This document shows, piece by piece, positions 1 to 11,214 of a stretch of DNA of 64,000 nt. Origin of the DNA: Tubulanus polymorphus. Taxonomy: Eukaryota > Animalia > Nemertea. Each line of letters starts with the position of its first letter. The first letter of the stretch is position 1. The stretch lies in NCBI RefSeq assembly GCF_964204645.1, contig NC_134028.1, positions 21,510,345 through 21,574,344 of the forward strand. Reading direction: 5' to 3'. A program made the translations under genes and the position numbers. The notes under the pieces were generated by a model. That model was not told the DNA's origin and ran no database searches. It saw only the letters and a program-made list of their open reading frames with translations.

Positions 1-350
1 TAGGTACAAATTTTTTTCCGAGAAATTATTTTTAACTACCGGTAGAAAACGCACGTGTTATTTATATCCGTTTGTCCACGATATTAGATTTAGGTTGTTT
101 TTCTTTTTGTAAAAATTTGATTTTAAAAGCTGTAATATATAAACCAACAATCTGCTTTTTAGAATTTTGTACCTTCTATTACGATATAATGTTTAACCGT
201 GTATAGATATTTATTCATATAAATTATATATTTATTGCGCGAGAGCTCTTTTGATAGAATGGGTTTCTTGTTATCAACCATGACTTCTAGAGGGAGCTGC
301 AAACTAACAAGTGGTCGGATTGTCCTCAAACGTACAGTGAAGTTCGGTTC

Positions 351-628
351 GGGACCACCCGTTATGTGCGTACGCAAAAGACTGCCGATTTCCGAGCCCC
401 CTCCCTCCCTTGTACGCAGCTGTTCTTTTCACTGAACTGTTTAAATTATAAAGAATGTGATGGAGATCATAAAATCCTAAAATCTCACTTCATTTTTAAC
501 TTGTACGCAGAATGAACAGGTGCATACTGTACGCAGAGCCGTGTACCCCCTCCATCCCGACGAGGTTGTACGCATTTTCACAGCCCCCCTTCCCCTCTAT
601 CGTGCGTACGTACTAAGTGGATGGTCCC
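351..628. mobile_element. PIF/Harbinger (Tourist-like) MITE
   Basis: Imperfect TIRs GGGACCACCCGTTATGTGCGTACGCA ... TGCGTACGTACTAAGTGGATGGTCCC, flanked by TTC/TTA. Confidence 0.6.
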
Positions 629-2165
629 TTAAGTCGTCGTAGGATCATTAATGTTGACAACGAATTCAAATGACAACTTGCGCTGTACGCAAATAGTGCT
701 TCAAAAATAGCGATGTTTTAACTAATGCGACGAATTCTCAGACGACGACTTCCGACTGAGTTTTGACTGATTCTGAATATTTAACGGTAGGAATTTGCCA
801 GCTATGATTATTATCGAGTGTAATTTAATCGAACTAGACCAGGTTCAACAGTTAATGGTTGAAATTAGTTCATTTTCCAGTATTTAACTCTAATAGAGTC
901 TGAACTGCAGAACTGGATGTACGTTCTAAATTTTACTCTGTATCTAAAACGGGGGACACGCTGGGCGATTAAGTCGCACAGCAAAATCGCCGGTAAAATC
1001 GCCTAGTATGTCAGGAGCGGCGATTGAAGATCGCAATTGGTGATTCAGTCGGCCAACAGAGTCGCCGTTGGATTCGGGCTGTGTTGGGCTACACCGATCA
1101 AGCGCCATATTAATCGGCCAGTGACTGTTCTCCTACGGTTTATGTGATTGCGAAATGGCGGCTAGATTTGTTAAAAGGGTGGCGCTAGCATCTGGTTATT
1201 TCACAACAGTGGTGCACTCAGTCACCCGATAGCGTCACCTAGTGTGTCGGCTACTCTCAGCAATCAAATCAATCGCCAGTGATTTGAGTCAGCCAACTGA
1301 ATCGTCCGGTGTGTGTGAGGTTTAACTACAGTACAGACTACAGTATAGACCATCACCATAACTTTCTAATTTGAAATAGGTTTGAATTTTGTAAGTGTCG
1401 ATAGAATTCAATCATATTCCCAATTCTTCGCAAACGTTGCGTATTGTGGTCACTTACGTTGTACCCAGTACCTTTTTGAGAAAACTAGATTCTCTTCGCA
1501 CTAGGTTCTCTTAAAAAGCTTATGAAACCAACTGTAATAAGGGTCTATTTATTGACAGTTCTCTATACTCTAGTGTACGACATGTTTTGGAAATTCAGAA
1601 TTGACTTAGTCCATTATTCAAGCTATGCATGATGAAGACACGCACAATCTACGATATATGGTAGATAAAGCTCAGCTCAGACCTCGACTATTTATTCTAT
1701 TCAATTTTCAACATGAAATTTTCGCTTTTTCCTCCGCTTAAAGTTGTATCTGAATTTTCTATATACTTCGCTACAGTGAAGTTGATGTATATCTATATAT
1801 ACATATATATATAAAAATATAAAACAATGCGTGTATTATAGATAAAGATGATCTCTTGTATATCCGGCCCTTGTTCATTATATCCATTTTGGATCATTCA
1901 TATTATATGCACTATTATTTCGGGCATTGTAAGTTTTTGTCCCGAGAAAGTTGTATTTCGACAACGGTAGACTTTGCTTCGTAATTTATCCCAAATCGGT
2001 TGAATTCGGATTTGGATTTCATCCCGATATTATTTACGGTCCATATGACTATACATGTAAATGTGTTTAAAATGTGTTTAAAATGATGTTTTTATTCGAA
2101 TTTCTCATGGAACTGATGGATTTTATTGGGTCCCAAGTGATCTGAATCAAGTAGGTTCTACTGTA

Positions 2166-2453
2166 TAGTCAAACCCTGATATACTGCCCACACATACGTG
2201 TATGACGGTACAAAGAGTATGACGGTATATCAGGGGATTGATTTTAACTAGTTCCAAGATGAAATACTGGGCCCGGTTTTATAGATTGGTATTACCTTTA
2301 ACCCAGGGGACAGCTCAATTGATAATGAATTGAATTGAGTTAGCCCCCAGGTTAAAGGTAATTAATACCAGTCTATAAAACTGGCTCCTGATGTTTCCTT
2401 TCCTGAAAAAACCTGGCGTTAGGTGGGAACGGCGGTTTATCAGGGTTTGACTG
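2166..2453. mobile_element. TA-flanked Tc1/mariner-type MITE with a nested CWG-flanked MITE (2270-2387)
   Basis: TIRs TAGTCAAACCCTGATATACTGCC ... GGCGGTTTATCAGGGTTTGACTG with TA on both sides. The inner palindromic element GGCCCGGTTTTATAGA...TCTATAAAACTGGCTC is flanked by CTG/CTG. Confidence 0.65.
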
Positions 2454-2694
2454 TATATCTATATCTAAGTAAACCATGGCTATGAGTTGGATTGGGAAAC
2501 ATTTGAGCAATGATATGAACAATTTTTACATTATTCTAATGAAATTATTAAAAACCCAGAAATTTCTGGACTGAAAAAATTCGTTTTGTCATCAGTATTC
2601 ACATATATTCAGTAAACTGCACCGTATGGAACTGATGTACAGTTGACCGAGTTCTGGTACCAAAAATTGATGATGAGTCTAATGCCAAGCTCAG

Positions 2695-2824
2695 GGTCCA
2701 GTTTCACAAAAAAAGTCTAACTCAAATTTTTGGTGTAATTGATATTGGTTACTTCAAGTTTTCAATGAGGACAACAATTCAAACTTAACCGTTTTTGGTT
2801 AACACTTTTTCGTGAAACTGGGCC
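2695..2824. mobile_element. Harbinger-type MITE with CWG target duplication (dispersed family)
   Basis: CAG|GGTCCAGTTTCACAAAAA...TTTTTCGTGAAACTGGGCC|CAG. An inverted relative is at 40308-40410; related elements are near 15370-15540, 18625-18767, 22463-22566, 29207-29275, 48228-48355, 53243-53462 and 54795-55283. Confidence 0.7.
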
Positions 2825-5800
2825 CAGGTCAACTTATAACGCGACTAAATCGTAAACAGCGGTGTTACACACGTAACCGCTGATTGCCGATTCATTTGTC
2901 GCATGATCTTTATCGCACTCAGGTCGACTACAACTCGATTATCGCCAAGTCTAAAGATCATGTGACGCATAAATCGTCGCTGATTGGCTATTGATTGGGT
3001 CGTAGAAATAGAACTCGTTCTATCCGTGCGATTCGGCCTACGACGCGGTTGTAAATAAATTCATGTCGAAAAAGTTCCTGATTAAGAAATCGTACACTTT
3101 GTCGTGAAATTGCAGACTGTGCCGACGAGATGATCGGGCCGTAAGTCGACCTGAGCTTATGTACATGCGTTTTTTCACTGATTTGCATACGAATCAATAA
3201 TACGAGGTCAATAGGTCAATTCTATGCTCAAGCAGAACGTAACTATGCATAGACAAAAACATATCCCAGAACAACACGCACGACTTAGAGCTTGTTACTT
3301 TGTGTATTTTGCGACCACACTAAGAATACGACCAAGGTGAAATCCGGGGCATTCGTAACATCTGTCATAAGATGAAATTTTCCTATATATATGCCACACA
3401 AAATTCAAGGGTTGATATCGTTACATCCGCGTTCATTATAACGAGCTTCCAATAGTAGAGCACCTCGCAAAAAATGCAGAACTGTTATCTTTATGATGGT
3501 TCGTTGATTGAATAATAAACAGTACGTAACATAAAAAGCTGTACACTGACGAGTTGATCCTGAAATCTACTTCCTTCTGTGATCTTCTACCCAAGGGGCC
3601 TGTAATAGGCCTACGATATGTAAAAGGATCTAGCTCACTTAAAAAATTTGTCTGATTTTAAGGATGTTGTTTTGTAAATAACATCGGTTTCTATTTTGTG
3701 TGTGGGATATTCATTTTGAACAAACCCTGGAAAACGTAATACCGGGATATATGTTTTTGTTCAGTTTGACCGGTAGATGCAGCAGCCACACAGTCCTAAT
3801 CGCACACACAACAAATATTAAAATCTAATTCTGCTTACGATGGCTTTATATAGTGCCATATTTATTTGATATAGTTTGGATGAATTTATATAAGATGTTG
3901 TCGGTATTATTTATAATGTGCATATACAATGATTAATATTATTATATGATGTGTTTAAGTCAATCATGAACGTGAGGTTTCTACTGTCGATAAGTGGTTT
4001 GACCTCGCGACTCGTAACAAACTGGAGAGATGGGAAAATATGATCATTTATAACCAATCGATCAGACTGTGTAGGTATCAATTTGCAGCCGATGACTTAA
4101 AATATTCACTGTTTAGGAGGGAGAGCTTTGCTCCGTGGGAACATTTGAAAAATTGGTCTAGTGTTCATGAATTTTGTTTTTAGATCATCTCATATACCGG
4201 TGTTCAAAATGTACCTTGTATTCTGAAATGTAGCATTGAAAAACTGAAAATAAATGATGCGGAAGGAAATTTTTTCCAAGGGGGTTGCTGCAGCACTAAA
4301 CTTCCCATTGAGATAGTTCAAACCTGTAAATTTGACACTGATTCTCTCGGAAACTAGTTGCCCTAATAGATGTTGGTCCTCTATCCGAAAATTACTTCTT
4401 TTCTTCCTGCCTTCCAATTTTCATAGATCCACCCATACTGTCATAGTGTGCATGAAGTCTTGACGCGCAGTTTTGGAGTGTCTTGATATAATTATTCAAT
4501 GCCAGGTTTTTGTAGTTCATTTTCAATTAAAAGAGAAGTCTGGTGGTCTAGAGGGGTGGGGTCCAGGCAACAGAATGATACCTACATAACACTTTTCAAT
4601 CAATGATAGACAGTTCAACCTGAAGGTTTTTACTGTAGATTTTATGACCACTCTATATTGATACCATTGAACTCGTATTGATTCGAGTTCTATGGTTGAT
4701 ACTCTGCTAGAATGGACTTTTAATATTATCATTAAATGGAATGTATGTTAAAAAAGATTGAATTTGCCAATTTAAAAAAAAAATTGGGTTTTTTACATCC
4801 AAAAATGTTTTTATCTGGGTTTGCTTTGACTATAGAGGTGGTGCAGCCATATTGATGGTCAAGAACAATAAGTAATTTACATGGCAGACCCTCGAAGTTT
4901 CTAAATCCCCTGATTATCTTGATTATCTCATTTTAAGTATGGCATGTCTCTAGCACTATGGAAAACAAACAATGACCGCACATGTAACACCTCTATATGT
5001 CATCTGAAGTGGATTAAGTGTTAGTTGGGTCTGTGGTCAAGTTTGAGACCTTAAACAGATCCAATTATTGGTTTGTAGTAATAAATCTATTCAGTCGAAC
5101 AATAGTTTGGTTTATATTATCTGTGTTTGACTATACAGTGCAACCAAAATGAAGTGAACATTGAGGAAAATTTTTGGTCATGTTGAAATTGTTTATATTT
5201 TGTACCTAGTTCAAATTCGAATACAATAAAATGATCAGATATTTTAGTAAAGAAGAATTTGTGTTCCATTGTTTGCTTTAAAAAACGACTTCCTGATTCA
5301 GTTAATTTGGCCCAATTTTGCTGGTCCTAGCGTCTTGAGTTAGGCTAGGATACTGTACTTGACCATCATCTGCAAGACAGCCTCAGACGTGGTTTAAGTA
5401 CATTCCTAATCTGGATGGTGATGGCACTTTCCTAGTCCGAATGGTGACATGGATTATCTCATATGAGATGGTGCATATGGTGCAATAGTTCTTGGCCAAT
5501 TTTCACTTGTCAATTCCAGCGTTGATAGTTCAACCAGGGAGGTGGGAGTGAATGGAGTATGAACGAGTCAACGATGCTGCCATACTTGGCTGAGCTAATT
5601 ACGTAATTGCCCTGGTTCAACATATGGCGAACATGTCATACAAAACATCCCAGATCATTCATCGTGTACATCATTCTGCTCTGAATCTGCAATAGGGTTT
5701 GTCACTTTTCCCCATTCACCCGAGTGAATTTAACTGCTCTCCCCTAAGTCCCAAGTGGGCTAAAAAGTATCCCAGAAGAATCCTCTATCATTCCTGTATA

Positions 5801-5938
5801 TCCCCCATAAATTGAACTTTAATTCCAGCAAATAGCACCTAAACGAATATGAATTTAAACTTAATAGAGGATTTATTAACATTTTATGTACAAGACATTC
5901 CAATTCATACAATCAATTACAGTTAATCAACCAATCAA

Positions 5939-8900
5939 TTAGTCAGCGCAGTGCGGCCCCGTTGAAGAATTATTACCAATCTGTACAGAACTTGGGTCAT
6001 ATGGAGTACCTTTAAAAGGGGAACCTTCAATATTCCAAGCCTTCTTCAGGACATCGTGAACATTCTAAAATGAATATGATAGATACAGTCTTAAATACTG
6101 TCAGTATTTCATCAACACCATGTTGCTTATTATGGATAAGAGTAAGGGCTCATGGAATAGGTCAGAAGGTACAAAATCCAAAGAAATAATCATGGACCTC
6201 ATAGCCAGAGATGCTAGGACCAAAGTACCAAAATTCCGGAATTTAGAACGGGAGTCTTTTTGTGTTTTTGCATCGCCGGAAATGCGTTCTAGAGCGATCT
6301 GGGTATCTGAAAATACGACGGCATGCATTCGTTGTGCTTCACATCCCTCGCTGCTTATGCCGCGCGCTATCCGGGTGACGAAGAATATCTTTTTTCCCGC
6401 AACTACCGTATTTGACCTGGTCTTTACAAACGATGCAGTACGCCACGCCAGCTAAGTCTAACTTACGAATGTAGTTTGATAAGTAGTCCCCATTACTGTC
6501 CTTACACTCTAGCCAGTGCCAGTTAAATTTATTTTTTATACCGCTGTCAATTGCCCTTATATTGGCCGACTCCCGACTGACAATCTTTCCGTGCGTGCTC
6601 ATTTTGCAGACCGTCCCGCTTGACAGCTGCAGGCAAAAAGAAAGTTACAAAGCTGCGTGCCTCAGGACATAGCACGCACATGGTAATAATTAAGATGATA
6701 TTTATTAAATATCATCATTACCACGTGCATCTTCACATTGTTGGCCATCAGCAGGACGATGTACAATGGCGCGTAAAGATAATTGACTTTTAATTGGAAA
6801 TGGCGCCACAACAGTGGCGCTCCGCCTACGCACGCACAGATACCACAACAAGCACACATATATACATTGTAGCAGAACGTCCTCGGAAACAGAGACCAAG
6901 ATAAAATAACACAGAAGCGACGACGAGTACAAGCAAACGAACGCTTTTACGGTGCGTGCCATTACTGGTCGCCGCGAGGAATTCTCACCCAATTTCCGGA
7001 ATTGACATCGGCGATCCTAAATTTCCGGAATTCCGGATATTTCCGGAAAACTAGCATCTCTGCATAGCTCCTCCCCCTCCCCCATTCGTTTGATTATGGG
7101 AAAGCCGAAGTACAGTTTATAACCGGTACTACACATGGGCTGAACCTCATTTCAACAATCTTCAGGGGACCAGAAAACCTGCTCGGTATAACTGATAGTT
7201 CATAGTTATATCCAGGATGAAATAACTTGGGATGAAATTCTAGTTTGTTATAACCAACAATTTGTAATGTCCGAGGTCATTAAAATGAGGTTCAACAAAA
7301 AAATTTTAAAAGGCGTTTAGTATAAAATTAATTACTTTTTCATGAGATTGCGGCAGACCGAGTCGTTTTTGACGTTCATTGAACATCATTTCTTCGATTT
7401 TAGCCTGCGCCTCATCGTCCAAGTCGGTAATCGGTCGACTCGCGTCTATCTTGCGTACATTGATCTTCTCTTCGTTGACTATTAATGAATCCCACCATCG
7501 TTCCTGGATTTTATCTAGATTTATCTGCAGAAAACAACACGTAAAAAATGTTAGGAGAGTAGAAATTCCATTAAGACAAAATTCCTCTATATTCGACTCA
7601 TAGGCATTAATGCAATTACAACCAATAAATGAATAAATTAATGCATGCCTCCTATTTAACACATTGGCTGCTAGCTTGATAATTCGATACCGGAAGCACC
7701 AGCTAATTCGCAGCTGGCACTCGTTAAAACCGCAGAATAATATTTACATGAACATGCTCTCCGGGTACCAGACTCCAGATACTGTCATCTTTATGAACTT
7801 CCCACGACAGGTCATCGTCTAGCATCACCTCATCGTTGACACAAACTTTCAAATGCTTCCTCCTCACGTCCACTGTAACTTGTTTACCTTTTTGAACTGT
7901 GGATGGAACCTAAAAAATATCATCAACATTTCAATCATTATCAAACAACATTCACCCCTTGCGGCCTAAAATACTCCCCGCACTCTCCCCCTGAAAACCA
8001 TACACCAAATATATGCAGGACATCTTCACAATTTTCAAATTTCCAATACTGCTGTCAAAGACATCATTATCATCATTCATGTGATATCAGTTTTGTTGTC
8101 AGGGGTGGAATCTTGAACCTTTGCCAAGGCTGTATCATTCCGCTGGTTACATATCTGCAACACATTTCAAATGAAAACTCTTTTCTTGTTAATCCAAAAT
8201 TGTCTGTTTTTCATGTAGTCAGCACTCCTTGGTAGCCAAATGAAAAATCATTTGATCTCGAAAATTTGCACAGGCATATCATTCCGTGGGCTACATTGGA
8301 ATAGTCTTCGTTCAACAAGGTGATCTGAAATTATCACTTTTTTAAGTATTCAGCTCCCCCTCGTGGCCACATGGAATATCACATGACCTTGGAACTTTGT
8401 GCCACTTCGTTGCAGGGGTATAATCATCTCTTGTTTCTATGATAGCCATACTGAACATTATGGTTTTCTATGACATCATTTTTCAACTTCTTATTACGAG
8501 AATGGCCCAAATACCAGCAACAGATATAGCTCATATTCTGAACCTCATTAATGTATACGACCTAATGTCAATAAACAGACTGAATAGCTAACTCTCATGC
8601 CCCTGAAAATGCTATATGACATATTTTGTAAAAATCAGGGTAGAATTAGAAAGGTTCTTCTGATGAAAAAGAATGTGGTACATGGCATGGGAAACTTGAT
8701 TAACAAAAATACAAACGATTAAGCAATCTTAAATGAAATTCGACAAGAAAGTACTAACTTGGTTTCAACAGTCTGCTTTGATCACGACAATAAAAGAATT
8801 TACGAAAACAATAGCCTTTCATAACTCAACCAATCGAAATAGCGTTTATTATTCCACAGATATTCTATAAAGCCACGCCACAAGAGCATCAAGTTAAATC

Positions 8901-11119
8901 ATTTTGCACACAACACTTATTATAATATAATGATATTTTTTTACTATCAATATATAGATTATTGGCACCTGGTAAGCCAAACTACTGTTTTAACAATCAT
9001 ATCAATAGCATTTTCTTACAAATGCAGTTGACTCCACTCAGGTCAAAACTTTCTCGATGTGCATATTCTTAGTTTGATATGAGCAATATCCATTTCAGTG
9101 AAGATTCAAGTTGCCCAGTCTCACTTAACTAGGGAAAACTTATTACCCTGATGTCAACTATTCAGATAAACGCAGGTTAAGTGTGGACAATCGATCAATA
9201 ATGAGTAGATATTAGTAGAATGATGATGATGTAATGAATGTCTGAGGGGTTCAAGCTCCAGAAAGCAGGTTGATGCCTTCATAAACTACACACACCCTAT
9301 GAAAGACTATCTTGTATCATCAATCCATTTTAACATATACATAACCATAGTGTACATACTATATGCTGTGTAAAAAATATTCAGTAAAACCTTAAAAAGT
9401 CAGAGGATCTTATAGTAAATAAAGTGAGAGGCTGCAACAAATCTAACATTGCAAGTATGGTATAATAGTCAATGAGAAGTTACAAAGTGTTTTCTTTTGA
9501 CTTTTGGCATCCCAAATTATTTGTTTGGCCAATTAAGCGTTACGCCAATATGTGAGAATGAATAGGAATGTGGTACATTTACCAGCGTTATTACCTGCCA
9601 TGGGCTTCGGGCGATTCATATTGAGGATATGGACGAGGACTGCAATCTTAAAAGTAAATTCCCGTATGCCCTGTCCCGTTATTACATTTCAATTCCTTCG
9701 TACTTCATTTCCCGATGAAACTTCTAACAATTTTGTAAAAAGATGAATAATGAATTGTTGACATTTAAGTTCTTTCTTAATCGTGTGGAAGCAGTCTCTA
9801 TACGGGACACTTAGTTACATCACCGTCTTGAGTTTCATACAAGGCAGCGCAACACGCTCGTTCGATCAATTCACAAACGTTATCACGAAATGCTGTGAAA
9901 ATGAAACAATCGTTGTTAACTCGTTCAATACCGGCTTTTTCTGCTACGATACCCGTGAAAAATACATCTTCCAAAAACATCGGCTTCGTCGTTCGGCTAA
10001 CATCGTACAGCTTTTTTACAGTACGATACAGGAATAAGTAACCTGAACCTAGACAATAATCGGGGTATACGTGTCCTGAATATTCGTCTTCGCTGACACC
10101 CCATTTCTTGTAGAGATTCGAGTTTTTATCGCGAACTGGGGCGGCGTCTGTTCGAACTCGCCCGTAAATATAATCGGCGTTATCGTCTCTCGTAGCCTGT
10201 AATTTCGACAGTGGATTTTTCAATAACGGTAAATAACGTATGAATCGTCATCAGTTTTAGTAACGAACTTCACGTTTTCGCACGATTCGTCGTTTAACCA
10301 TTGAATAATGGACATCGTTTTCAGCGTTAAGTTTCGGTAACTGTCGACGTAATTCGCAACGACGATATCTTTATATTTATCGGACTCGGCGCGTACTTGA
10401 TTCGCGATGCCTTCCGTGTTGTTCAGTCCTAAGAAGAAAACCACACTTGCGTTGTATCTAGCTGCCCATGTTTGCCTGATTCGTTGTCTGGCATAGGTAT
10501 TCACCACAGCCGAGGGTACTACGAACAAATACTCATGGTGGATTGCCGCACATCGTGTATTTATGATGTACCTGAATTTAGGAAACGTCCATTTAGTTGT
10601 GTCCTCTTTTTCTTTCTCTGAAACAGTACTTTCGTCTATACCATTACCGGAATCGTCTGCTATCCATGCATCCGTTTTACCGTGAAATGCACTATCACTC
10701 CTGACCATCTTGATCGGCATCGGTCTGATGTTCATCACCGGTTTTATCTCAACTTTCCGTTGTCTGATGAACCATATCAAACAGATATAGGTGAAACACC
10801 CAAAAAAGCATAAATAAAATGATGTTCTGAGAAAAGCTTCCACGTTGACAATTCGGACCATTGCAGGAATGTATTAATCGTCGATCTTCGACCTTGTATT
10901 CACGGAACACTCAACACTTGCGCGGAGCAAAATAAAAAACAGTAAAACACAGGACAATGAACTACATGGACATTTTCAATCAAAATGGTTCATATATCCA
11001 ATAGAATATATAGTTACACAAATAAAATAATTATATATATATATATACTTTTCAATATGATATGACAAACGGTTTTATTTTTCATATGTATGTATCATGT
11101 TAACATAAAACTGTTCAAT

Positions 11120-11214
<95 letters not shown>

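Noticed and set aside
1330-5700. Possible gene or 3' UTR of a neighbouring gene in the first 5.7 kb
   Set aside because: Only short ORFs without motifs and MITE fragments are present, and no exon chain could be built.
7903-8235. 110-aa His-rich plus-strand ORF
   Set aside because: It lies in a NUDCD3 intron on the antisense strand with no recognizable domain or splice support.
10220-10240. Programmed ribosomal frameshift in the GT31 gene
   Set aside because: There is no convincing X XXY YYZ slippery heptamer at the junction. A single-base deletion explains it more simply.
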